Source: Girardia tigrina (taxonomy: Eukaryota). From it: a DNA stretch of 51,194 nt. Positions within the stretch are counted from its first letter, which is position 1. Each line of letters begins with the position of its first letter. Under the pieces are notes generated by a model, which saw nothing but the letters and a program-made list of their open reading frames with translations, was not told the DNA's origin and searched no databases. Shown here piece by piece: positions 36,208 through 48,059 of the stretch. The position numbers and the translations under genes were made by a program. The stretch covers positions 1 to 51,194 of the forward strand of contig MQRK01185861.1 of assembly GCA_001938485.1 (NCBI GenBank), written 5' to 3'.

Positions 36208-37069
36208 GTAGGTTTTTCTATTGGAAAATCGCATGTTATTTTTAATATTTTTTTTATCCTTAATTGTCATTTAATAGGAAATTTATGCCACAATCGGTTA
36301 GGGATAAGTGTTAATTTCGAAATTATCAATTACTGACAGCATTATCACTACTTAGTCACTGCTGCTTTTTTTACATAAATCATTTGATAAATGCCGTAAA
36401 AAAATGGAAAAAATAATTTTCTTTTTAGAATAAACAAGAAAATCAAATTTTGTAAGATGATAATATTAACATATTTTAATAATATTAAAAAAAGCAATTA
36501 AAAAAAGTGTTTATTTCTTTCGCAGTACAATTGGCGTCATTGACGTAACTCCTTTTTAATGAGGATGTTACTTGGAATCATATGATCCGTTTCACACGGG
36601 AAAAAGAGAATCGCTTCTTGTTTCCTGTTTCTTAACAAAAGACTTTTCCTATTCAGTTAGTCAACATTATTCCATTTACGACATCCTTAAAGTATTTGTA
36701 GATAATTTATTCTTGATTGAATGAGGAAATAAAACTGAGGCAAATAAGGATAATACACGGTAAAAGATAAATTTTTGGAGGGGGTGTGATATGGAAGACC
36801 CTCAAAATTTATTAAATTTTATTAAATAACATTTTATTATTATTTATTAATAAAATAATGTTTGAGTTTGACATATCAAGAAATTCCTTTCATAAGGGTA
36901 ATGGTGATGGCTTGCTCACTCGGATCAGATTATTTTTGTTATTTAAATAACATTAGTTTTAACATTAATTAATTCGTAAATTAAAACTATTAATGAATTA
37001 TGTGGTTGAACCAAAATATAATTTGAAGTATTGGATTAGGTTCTCGGTAAATGGATAATATATTTGTCT

Positions 37070-37781
37070 AAAATGTTAGTTAGTTATAGTTTGCTTGTTT
37101 GATCAAAATTCAAAATGACGGTGAAACCGAAGCAAATCCACGCCAGGACGTGGTCAATCTGGATAGCTCGGAAAGCCGACGAAATCGACCGAAAATCGTG
37201 CAGGTACACCGATTGTTAAATCAACACGGATTTCGTGAGAATTCTTATAAAAGTACTAATAACATATTGTTTCAACTGATAAATGACTATTTCTATCACT
37301 TATTTACTAATTATATTACTGAAAATCAATTAAGTATAAATTTGCAAATATTCGTTATTAATAATAATATCAAAATTTCATTAATAAATAACTTTTTTTA
37401 TTAATAATGCAAATCTAAAAAAATGATAGAATTTAAGTAATGAAAGCTCGATTAAAGCCTTAATAAAATATTTTTCAAAAATAAAAATAATGGAAATTTT
37501 TTTTAAAAATTTCTTAACAAGTAAATTAAACGCTCAATGTCTACTATGATTAAAATGCGAAACGGAGGAGAAACCGGAGTTAATCCTCGTAAGTACATAG
37601 TCAATATGGATAGCCCACATCGAGACGGTTCTGTCGATGCAGCGCCTTCATCGAAAGATGCAGGAAAGCCGACGAAATCAACACCGAATTCGAAACAATA
37701 ATTAGAATTTAAAAATTAAAAGAGAAACTTTCACAGACGAAAATTCCACTCACCCGTCATATATGACGGGTCTTTTTCTAG
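37070..37781 (+). mobile_element. Non-autonomous Helitron-like element (intronic) with internal duplication
   Basis: 20-bp palindrome ACCCGTCATATATGACGGGT (37752-37771) then CTAG|T; 37100-37200 resembles 37545-37690; 5' end uncertain. Confidence 0.75.
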
Positions 37782-38315
37782 TATGTATATTGTTTCTTGA
37801 TTTTTATAATATAATACAAAATAAATTATATTCATATAGTTGAAAAGATAGGAGGATACTTCCTTTTACATTTGCCCCTCGTTCGTTATGTTTCAAGATA
37901 GAATGAATAAAATAATTTAAATACGATTATAAAAAATTATAAAATTTTTTTAAAAATATATGAATAATATTTCTCGACTAGAATCTATAAAAATATATAA
38001 TAACATTATTTTTTAATGAATTTTAAATAATAAATAATTTAAAATCAGTAATTTATAGTAAGTTAATTTCCATTAAAAATTTTATTATTAATAAGTAATT
38101 AAATTATAATTTCTTTTACTTGGATAGTCTCAAAATAAATAACAATTTGGTTATGATAAAATATATAATGAAACCAAAAAAAAATTTTCTTGTCCGATTT
38201 TTGTTGATCGTTGTAATAGAGATTTTTCATCATAAGGTTTAATATTAAATATATATTTATATTAAAAATATGTTTTCTAATTTAAATAAAAAGACCAACA
38301 GTTAGTATATCTTAA

Positions 38316-38510
38316 CCCATTCGCTGCCAAGTCTAAATTGTACGTAGTTATTCGCTTTGCTATTTCATTTTTCAGTGTTATTGTTAATTTAAGTTGTATT
38401 ATTTCAAGATAAATGTATATTTTTGTCATAAATGATCCTTTATTAAATCCAAAACGTCAATGTAGATTTTGTACAACTAAAAACATTTACAGGGAGACAA
38501 GATATTGTGG
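38316..38510 (+). mobile_element. piggyBac-like terminal fragment
   Basis: TTAA-CCCATTCG terminus; Cys-rich KRQCRFCTTKNIYRETRYC. Confidence 0.45.
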
Positions 38511-38558
38511 TGACCGGACTTTTCTGAGCACGGACTTTGCCAAATATGGACTAATTAT

Positions 38559-38592
38559 GGTTATGGTTAAGGGTTAGGGTTAGGGTTAGGGT
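38559..38592 (+). repeat. Short telomere-like (TTAGGG)n tract
   Basis: GGTTATGGTTAAGGGTTAGGGTTAGGGTTAGGGT. Confidence 0.85.
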
Positions 38593-40237
38593 ATGGATAT
38601 CAAATAGAAGTATATACAATAGAAGTAATAAAAAGTCTGATCCAGGCAACTTAATTCTTTGGTTAATTCTTCTAAGTGACACATCATGGACTTCTAAAAT
38701 TCCTTTCATGCGCGCCCTAAAAAAACATTAATTAAATTAGGGTATATTCTGAGTCAAAGTATGAAAATCTGAATTACGCAGCGGTGTTTGGGTGAATTGA
38801 CGTAAATTCACCAGTGTTAACTGAAGGCCGCCTCTATAATTAATAAAAAATTGAGATTAATATAGTAAGACATTCAATTATGAATGAAACATATTTCTGT
38901 TGAATTATTCGTTATTTCATCAGTGTTTACAGAGACAATATTTCTTTTAACATAAAGACATGAAACCCTTTAGTCTCGAAGTGGAGAGATCGATGGAGAA
39001 AAACCAAACAAATATTAAAATAAAATTTGTTTTTCGTTTGAAGTGAAGGCTAAAATTGAGTGGATTGCATCGAATGTGAAAAGTTTCATCTCAAAGATTA
39101 GGCTTTTCGTTGGCTGTCAATTGGTGTCATTGTCATATGTCTCCGTTACCTCGTAAAGTACGGAACAATAGAGTAAACATATCATTTTCTCAAATGACAA
39201 TCGATAGCTGCCAGTGATTGGTCTGCGAGAATTGCATTGATCGCGTTTAGTGTTTTTTTTCTTAATTTTTTGGAAAAATAAAATAAATTTATTTTAATCC
39301 AATAATTTATTGATAAAATGTTTTTTTAATTAATATATAAATATAAGCGACAAAAATTTATGATTTTTTTCTATATTGTCAATTTAAATTAATTTTCAAA
39401 TTTAACGAAAAAAAAATCCGTAAGGCGAAAGTGGCCTTTGAATGGGAAAAAAATAAACAAAGACGTTAATAGGAAAATGCAAATCACAACTCATTCGTAC
39501 GATGAGAAGTGAGGGATAGAATGTATTTATAATCAATCGAGTGGAATGCCGCAAATTTAGTGGGAACACAACCAGCTTCCGATATATACATTGGTGTAAC
39601 AAAACAAAACATCCTGTTTATTCTCACATCGTAACGAAAGGATGATACTGTGCCACTTGGGTACTTGGGTATGGCATGTGATAATCTGACGACTGGCTAA
39701 TGCAAATCACTGGAACACTGAAATCCGTCCTATCGCGGAAATACGCTGGCTACTTTGAATTTGTTCGTCTAAAAGAAACGATAAAAAAATTACAACACTA
39801 ATTAATAAGAATAATTATATTATATTATATTTTGTATTTATTTATAATCATATAATCATATTTTAATGTAATTTACTCTTTACCGTACAGTTAACTTATT
39901 TATTTATTTATTTATTAATAATATTATTTTATATATTATTGTATCGGAAAACGATATTTAAGTAATAATTATTTTCGTTTCTCATTGAATGTAACGTAAT
40001 TAATCAATCTTCTTTTGTGTGGAAAAGATATTTTCATTATAAATGTGTTACAATAAGTATTATACGTCAAATGCTATTAGGAGAAATAATATATGAGTGA
40101 AAACTTGCGGAAATTGATCCTAATAAGGAAATTAAAAAATGATAATAGTTGTCAAACGTTTAACCCTTAATAAAAGATGATCATAGTTAAGTTCCAAAAT
40201 AAATCGTTAACCTTACTTAATGGGAACTTCATTTTAA

Positions 40238-40364
40238 CCCTCTCTTGTAAGCTGTGAAGACTTCGTCAGTTTTCATAATAAGATCTCGTTTTATTTTAGA
40301 GACATCATGACATATTTTTTATAAAGCTTTTCGACGAGATCCGGGACCAGTCATGAAAAAAGGG
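40238..40364. mobile_element. Possible tiny piggyBac-type MITE
   Basis: TTAA-CCCT...AGGG-TTAA with internal GATCTCGT / ACGAGATC inverted motif; TIR match weak. Confidence 0.35.
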
Positions 40365-41060
40365 TTAATTAGTGCTCCAAGGAAAGAATTAGAATATCCA
40401 TTCTGATTTAACAAGGAACTTAGTTTATCAATATTTTACCAGATTAAAAAAATATATTTTGGCAATATTATGAGTCAACGTCTAAATTAAAAAATTAGAT
40501 CAGTATTCACCGCAGTGATTGACATAGCGCATTTTTCTTGTGTAGATAGATTTTTTACTGTAAATTGTTTATTATACTGCGAATTTTATATTAAATTACA
40601 AATAGTATGCTATTTTGTGATTAATGTATAATATTGTGGTCAATATATAATATTGTATATATAATATATAATCTGATCAATGAGGTCGATAAAAAAAATT
40701 ATTTTTTTAAAAATTATTTTATATATATTAATGTACATTGTATATAGTTTAAAATAAACAAAACCTAGAGGAAATCTGACTATTGTAGCACTTTTAGCAA
40801 GTATTTACTTCCAGATTTTTGGCTAAAAATCTCTGTTAAACCCCTCTTTTTCCAAATATTTTTAATTGTTTTTATTTCTCCATTTGACAATTAATCAAAC
40901 CTATGCAAAAATATAGAGTCCATCTAGTACCCGTAATTTATTGATATAAACATATAAATACACATACGACCATATCGAATACAATAGCGTCTTTTTTTAA
41001 TATGAGAAAATGCGGTAAAAATTAGAAATATTTTTTGATATTTTTTTATTTTAAATTTAG

Positions 41061-41553
41061 ATATCTTCTATTAATCGGATTTTACGAAGCTTGGCAAACG
41101 AATCGCCTTCAAGCAATCAGACTTTTAAATCATCTTTGAGTAATTCTCATCAGTTATCCCTTAGTAATCAGAATAATGGAACAAACTCTTGTCTGCCTCA
41201 ATACGAACCATTCAATTCATCTACAAATAATAATTTTAACTTGTTACATACACCTTCGACGTTTATTAATACCTGGTCCCCATCTAATGCCCCTCCGGTT
41301 TTCCCAAATTGGTATTCACAATCAGGGATTTCTTCTCTCTGTCATTCTACGTTATTCGGATACAACACTCCAAATTACTATTCAGCTCATTTTCCCGATT
41401 ATTCTTCATCTCAAATTGGTTTTGAAGATTCGAAAAACCGTTTACTAACTAATTCTGGTCATGATTCTCTGAGAGATTCAACAATGAAGTCTCTTCTTCA
41501 ATCGGAAACTGGATTACCAAATGGCTTGAAAGTCAATAGTGAAAAAATCTCTG
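41061..41553 (+). CDS. pax6B: Pax6 coding exon 3 (end of paired domain, Ser/Asn-rich linker)
   Basis: TTTAG|ATA-TCT-TCT gives ISSINRILRSL in phase 0; open to donor G|GTATGA. Confidence 0.93.
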
Positions 41554-41954
41554 GTATGATTAATTGGAAAAGAATTAATAATATTTCTCTTAAAGTTTCA
41601 AAACTTCTAAGATCGTAATATTTTGTTTAAAGAACTACTAAAAGAAAATATAATAATATTCTATTTTATTTTTTAACACTTATATTTTAATGCGAATTAG
41701 AGTGTTGACCCCATAACCCGATTAACTTGATAGATAAGTATCTATTATCGGGATATTTGGATTATTACAATCAAGGATGTTAAGCCTGAATAGGATTTGT
41801 AGTTAACCCTTATCGGATGTGTAAAGTAACCTTTCAAGTACCAGAATAAAGGTACTGAATAAACCATAAGTGTATTCACGTTAATATTAATTATATGTTA
41901 ATAAATGACCAGTAAAAGCAACATTTGTGTTTTTTTAAAATAAAATAACAATTT

Positions 41955-41957
<3 letters not shown>

Positions 41958-41997
<40 letters not shown>
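41958..41997. repeat. (TA)n microsatellite
   Basis: About 20 TA units. Confidence 0.9.
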
Positions 41998-42001
<4 letters not shown>

Positions 42002-42487
42002 TGTGAACGGTAATTTAATATTTTTAAAAAAAATTAAAGTTTTTTAAGAAATTAATTATTTTACTTCTTTCTGAAATTCTTTTTCCATTATCAGCCATTA
42101 TATTTGTAGTTATAATGTTAATTTTGTATAAAGTTAGTTTAGAAGGGAAAATGTATATTTAAATGGTAAAATGTTTTAAAATTTCCTATTAAATATTTGA
42201 AGATTTGAAACTGCTTTACTTTGTCCATTTTGAATCATTAATGGGTTGTATTGTCATCTTAATAATGAAACACAGAAATACCTCCCATAGTGTGTATCAA
42301 AGCCCTTCTGTAAAACAGAAAACTTATCTTGTGAAACAGAAGACATAAACATATTTTTTATATGTATAAAAACATTTCAAATACATTCTAGAATCGTACA
42401 TATTGATAAATTGTTGTCTGTTGATTAAAATTTTTCTTTAAAATCAGAACAAAACAATTAAATTAATTCTAAATTGAATCTTTGGAA

Positions 42488-43152
42488 CCTTACTCGATCG
42501 ACTCGATTGTGAATGCTCATTAATCCGGGTTTCGAGATGACGAGTTGTCCCTCCCATGTACGAGTTTTTACACTCGTGACAATCAAATTTATAAACCACA
42601 TTAACTTGCTATTGTGCACCTGTCAATCGCAAAAAAATTCACAAACAAAAAAATAATTGATAAAAAAACATTTTATAAAAAATTATTTGTAAAGAAAAAA
42701 TGCTTTGTTTTATTAAACAAAAATGGAAAATGAAAACTTTGAAATAAAGTTTTTGCATCACTGTTTTGCATTTTTTCTCACTGTTTTGAATCTCGACGCA
42801 CTTTTGTTTACATGATGATTATTCCAGCTCGAGGTGACAATACCGTAAATTATCAGAGGGTAATATCCGTAGTTTTTCCACGACCGGACTTCCGACGGGC
42901 TCGGTACTCGAGTCCGGGTCGATCCTTTCCGGTCAAATTTGCTGATCAGATTTCGGTGATCTTCAATGAGCTGCGACTTCCGACGTCATCGACCTGATTG
43001 TCTTCATGGACGGTAACTCCACCGTAGGACAGAACGGCGCGGTGATGTCGTACAACAACTGGGAAGAGCTGTGCTACTACCTGGACTCGAGGGAGGTTTC
43101 AATAGTCGAGTGGTCCAGAGCGCGGCGAGACAGAACAGTCCCGGGGACCACA
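42488..43152. mobile_element. Unclassified insertion (solo-LTR-like composition) in a pax6 intron
   Basis: GC-rich blocks against an AT-rich background; CTTTGGAA at 42480-42487 and 43153-43160. Confidence 0.45.
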
Positions 43153-43249
43153 CTTTGGAAATATTATATTACATATATTATTTTTCAAATATATATATTT
43201 TTTCTTCCTACGTTCATAGAACATTTTTAATCCTTTTAATTTCGTTAAG

Positions 43250-43375
43250 ACTTTAATTCGGACCGAGAATCTGAAAACGATAGAAGATATTCAAATACAG
43301 AATCAAAGTTAAGTAAAAAATCCCAACGAAGCCGAACTTCATTTACAAATGATCAGATTAATCTTCTTGAAAAGG
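43250..43375 (+). CDS. pax6B: Pax6 coding exon 4 (linker end, homeodomain helix 1)
   Basis: [42 protein letters not shown]; phase 1 at both ends; conserved LEK|EF intron. Confidence 0.9.
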
Positions 43376-43421
43376 GTATATAATTATTATAAAAAAAATA
43401 TTTTTCAAAATATATTTTCAG

Positions 43422-43795
43422 AGTTCGAACGAACTCATTATCCAGACGTTTTTTCCAGAGAAAAACTTTCACAAAATTTGAAAGTCGCCGAAACTCGGAT
43501 ACAAGTCTGGTTTTCCAATCGTCGAGCGAAATGGAGACGAGAAGAGAAGAGCGAAGAAAACAACATGTCAAACGTCATGGCCCGGTCAGAAATGTCAAAT
43601 ATGGAACCAACATCCGGAGTGTCAGCTGCTTCGAATGAGTCGATTTTAAATACAAATACAAATTTCTTTTCTGATTGTTTCCGAGGAAATTTTACATCGA
43701 TGACTGATGATATAAGAAGTAGTTGGAACACCTTTGGAACATCTCTGTTTCAACCACCCATTGGATGGTACAACAGTGATTCTTTTGGTAAACTG
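43422..43795 (+). CDS. pax6B: Pax6 coding exon 5 (homeodomain, S50)
   Basis: [34 protein letters not shown]; preceded by a 46-bp intron; donor CTG|GTAATA. Confidence 0.93.
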
Positions 43796-43841
43796 GTAAT
43801 ATAGTCATTTTATAAACTGTATAGAGTAAATATTTGATTAG

Positions 43842-44129
43842 AATCAAGAACAAGACTCATATAAACTCAGTTTATTTCCATGCTGCAAGCCATTTACTCG
43901 TCCTTTGAATTCACTTTATATTCCACCGGACGCTAATCTTTCACATAAAATAGAAGACAAACTCAACAAACGGGAAAACTCGCCGAACGAATTCAATCAG
44001 TCTTACACAAATTTCTTTTATCAAAATCTTGATCAAACGAAATCCTTGTCAACGGTTAGTCACGAATTCCAGAGGAAGTCATCTCCAGTTGACGATTCCA
44101 ATTCCTCTTTCCAATCACCAAGTGATTAA
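43842..44129 (+). CDS. pax6B: Pax6 last coding exon
   Basis: 46-bp phase-0 intron ending TTAG; open NQEQDSYKL...SFQSPSD*; AATAAA at 44181. Confidence 0.75.
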   Translation, partial: NQEQDSYKLSLFPCCKPFTRPLNSLYIPPDANLSHKIEDKLNKRENSPNEFNQSYTNFFYQNLDQTKSLSTVSHEFQRKSSPVDDSNSSFQSPSD

Positions 44130-44223
44130 TTTCATTTTTGATATTAAATAGTCTTAAGACAAATAGAAAACCGATTTTATAATAAATTAATTAATTATCG
44201 AAAATTAAATAAATATAAATTAA

Positions 44224-44587
44224 CTAGAAAAAGAACCGTTATATATGACGGGTGAGCTGAATTTTTGTCTTTGAAAGTTTCTGTTTTAATTTTTAAATCG
44301 TAATTATTATAATTTATTATTTATTCCTTCGAATTCTTTGTTGATTTAATAGTCAGTCAATTAAGTAGACTCCCAGCATCATTCGGCGACGGCGTTGCAC
44401 CAGCAGAATTGTCTCGATGCGGGCTATTCATATTTACCACGTCCTTAAATGCATTCACTCCGGTCCCTCCGCAATTTTGTATTTTATTTTTGATATTATT
44501 TTTTAATAACGAAAATTTGTAAATTTTACAAAATTGATTTTCAGCAATGTAATTAGTAAATAAGAGATAAAATTCGTCATTTATCAC
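44224..44587 (-). mobile_element. Helitron-like element, same family as 37070-37781
   Basis: A|CTAG terminus and CCGTTATATATGACGG hairpin; reverse-complement similarity to 37280-37781. Confidence 0.75.
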
Positions 44588-44909
44588 AAGGGTTCATTAT
44601 ACATATCGTTTTATGAAGGGGTCTTAAAGTTCATAAGGTTTAGGTACCACTGATTTAAGAAGCTTAAACTGAAATTAATATTTCAATTATTAACATAAAT
44701 ACTTTTCATTTATTAATAAAGATTTTGAATAAATTGTTAAAACCTTTCATTATGATTTATAATTCTCTATTTTGTAAATTTTTTTCACCTTCATTTATTT
44801 ACATTAAAAACATAAAAATAAAATGACATAAAAATAATAAAAAAACATTAAATTAAAAAAAAATAATTATGAAAATAATAACAAAAGTCATCTATTTCAA
44901 AATATATTT

Positions 44910-44956
44910 AGAGATAATATATTTCGACGGATCAACCGTCATCTTCAGGTCACTGA
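44910..44956 (-). ncRNA. Minimal hammerhead ribozyme (stem I partly eroded)
   Basis: CTGAAGA T GACGG-TTGAT-CCGTC GAAA TATA TT on the minus strand. Confidence 0.6.
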
Positions 44957-45425
44957 TTAATAATTTAATTAATCCATTTAATTAATCCCTATTCAATCCA
45001 TTTAAAATCCAGTCAGTCCTTGAAATTACTCTTAAATTAACAAATAACCATTTAAATACAAAACATTATTAAAAAAAATTATTTATATGAGGGAAATTGT
45101 GTCGCAAAACAATTATAGAAACTGTCACAAGAGAATTTATATTTAATTTTTATTCCTTTATAGAAATAAATTATTAATTTAATAGATTTTATCCTTTAGC
45201 CTTTTTCTATTGAACTATCCTTAATTATTTGTGAATATTTTAAGATTCCGTTGTTATTGGACTTTTGAAAAGGGTTTTATTTACGAATTTATTATACATT
45301 TATCTTTGTCATGTTTTCAACATTATTTTCATCAATATTAATAATGATAATAATTATAAATTACAATAATAATAATTTTAATTTTAAAACTGATCAGATT
45401 AAACTTAACTTTATATTATAATCAT

Positions 45426-45862
45426 TAGAGGTTTTTGGAACATCATCGGAATTATTACTATGAGTTATTCCAGACACCAAAACTTTTATTATACAACACA
45501 AAAAAAATTTTAAATCTAATATTTAAACAAACTTATTATTTTTTTTGAGAAACAATTTGTTTTATAAATCTTAAACCGGTATAAATAGAAATACTTATAA
45601 ATATTCATATTTGATTTTATTTTATTACTTTTATAAATCAATTTTAAAAATCATTCCACATAAAAAAATTAAACATTTTAATTTCTATATTATATTTAAA
45701 ACTCAAAAATTTTTAATTATTAACAATTTAATTAGATCTTCATAATTTTAGTAATTTATTGTTTCAAACGTTATATATTTAATTATATATAAATTTTAAT
45801 TTGCACATATTTAATTTAACCTTCTTTCAAAAATTTTCCTAACTTTTTTAATTCCTAACAAT
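45426..45862. mobile_element. Second copy of the AT-rich insertion at 33493-33974
   Basis: Collinear similarity from TAG.GGTT.TTGGAACATC to AATTCCTAACA. Confidence 0.8.
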
Positions 45863-46419
45863 AATATTTTGATATCTTATAAACTTATTTTTATAAATAT
45901 AAATAAATAATTTTAACAGTTGAATACAGGAAATTTATGATGTTTTAATTTGTTTGTTTTAATGCCACTTTTGTCTTAGGATAATTTTATTTACTATTAA
46001 TAATAAGTAATAACAGTGAATATTTTTATTTTATTATTTCTATATTATTAAAGATACAGTATTATTTATTATTATAAATTTATTATAATTTATTATTATA
46101 AATTTTAAAATTTTTACGATTTTATAAGCAGTTTGCTATTGTTAAGACTTTTGAAATAAAAATAGTGTTTTCATTTAACATTATAATTTATATTTCTTGA
46201 CATTTATAATCATAAATGTACGAAAAATTCTATTTAATGGCGATTTCCAAATAATGTATATAAAAATAATCACCCACGTACCTAATCACCAATTGATTTT
46301 ATTTATGTTCTTGGCTAAACGGATGATGGAGGGAAGCGATTGAACTAATTTATAAGGGCCTCGACTGACGACTTAATTTATATATTTTTTTAAATATCTT
46401 GATAAACCATAATAATAAA

Positions 46420-46900
46420 TATAATATAATTTGATTAAAGCTTTTTTTTATAATCATTGGACATGTTTCGATGTTTACATACATCATCATCAGCAATATT
46501 TGGAAATTTAGTATTTGAATATTTGAATTGTTTTTGTAAATACAATTTTAAAAGATATATTAATTTTAAATGGAAAAATGTTCAGTAAATATTTTAATTT
46601 ATTAAATTATTATTGGGTAATAATGGCAAAAAAATATTTTAATTAAAATTTTTAAGTATTGAAATAACCTTACTTTGGCCATTCTGAATGTTAATTGATG
46701 GGTTGTAGTGTCTTATTAGTAGAGATTCACAAAACTGTCGTTCATAATGTGAATAAAATCCATTTTGTAGAAGAGAAAACTCATCTTTTGAAATGGATGA
46801 GGTTCTATCCTTACAACATAACCAATGATCAAGAACCTTACTCGAACGACTCATTTGCGAGTGCTTACTAATCATGGTTTTGAGATGACTATTTGTTGAG
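46420..46900 (-). mobile_element. Penelope-like 3' remnant (GIY-YIG C-terminus)
   Basis: SKVLDHWLCC..FSLL..ERQFCESLLIRHYNPSINIQ followed by a hammerhead. Confidence 0.8.
46452..46500 (-). ncRNA. Minimal type I hammerhead ribozyme with intact core
   Basis: ATTG CTGATGA T GATGT-ATGTAA-ACATC GAAAC AT GTC CAAT: stems I and II pair, palindromic ACATGT stem III, GUC cleavage site. Confidence 0.85.
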
Positions 46901-47119
46901 ATCCTGAAATCAAATATATTAAAAACATGCATATAAGATCATTCACCATTGCGTATTGAGCCATTTAAAAATAAAATAAAAGAAAGATATATAATAACAA
47001 AAGTAAAAAAAGGATAATAATAATAGTATACAATGATGTCTGATCCCTTTCTAGCTTCCCGTTGTTTGAGCAAGCGCTCAGGGACGCGAGGAAGCTTATA
47101 GGATATTATTCCTTGAGAT

Positions 47120-47290
47120 ATGTTCGTATTGTTATTATTATTGTTATTATTGTCATAATATTACTTTTATTATCATTATTATATTTTATTTTTGTTATTA
47201 GTATTATTGTTATTATTATTATTATTATTATTATCATTTATTATTAATTATTTATATAATCATTATTATTATCATCATAATTATTATTAA
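47120..47290. repeat. Degenerate (ATT)n low-complexity tract
   Basis: Long imperfect ATT run. Confidence 0.8.
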
Positions 47291-47511
47291 AAAATTTATT
47301 TAAAAAAGAAAAGAAAATATTAAAAAATAATAATATCAAACTTACTAATTTTTTAAAGAAAAAATCAATTCCATCTAAGTGGTATTTATGCCAATAATTT
47401 AGGTGCAAGTGCAGCGTGCTAATAAGAAAATATACGGTGCATGGGCACCTAGTTTTGAAAATTGGCATTTATGCCATCAATTTAGGAGAAAGTGCACCAA
47501 GTAAACCAAAA

Positions 47512-47622
47512 AATAAGACATTCCCATAGCTCATTCCTTGGTGCACTATCGAAGGCTTTTTCCAAGTCTATGAAGATTACAATTACATCCTCGTTTTTCT
47601 ATCGTACCTCTTCCTGTAATTT
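47512..47622 (-). mobile_element. LINE RT fragment
   Basis: Manual translation LQEEVR*KNEDVIVIFIDLEKAFDSAPRNELWECL. Confidence 0.8.
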
Positions 47623-48059
47623 TCTTACTAATTAATTACTAAATCATAAATAATTATCATACCAAAATTAATTATTAAATAAGGCAAAAAAATAAAAATA
47701 AATAACTGCTCAAAAAAAACCATCTTACATGAACAAAATAAAAAAACACACCCAAAAAAAATAAAATTATTATGTCATAGATGTTCACAAATAAATAAAG
47801 TGTTTTCCAACTTAAAAAAACACTTAAGTAGAAAATAATGGCTTCAGAAATATTACAACTTCTAATGAGAAGAACCCTCCTTAGTTATTGAGATCATTTC
47901 TTTGAGTCATTTTCTTTATATTTTATGACTAATATGGATATAAGTTTTGATATACGTGTTCAGTAATATAAAAAAGCAATATTTTATGAAAAAAAAACGA
48001 AAGATTAATTTTTAAAGAAACACATTTCCCGAAAACGTATCATAATTATACATAAACCT

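Noticed and set aside
36208-36336. ORF-track extension VGFSIGK... after the paired box
   Set aside because: Intron read-through; the paired domain resumes at 41061.
43215-43249. Alternative acceptor CATAG at 43219
   Set aside because: Gives an in-frame TAA within four codons.
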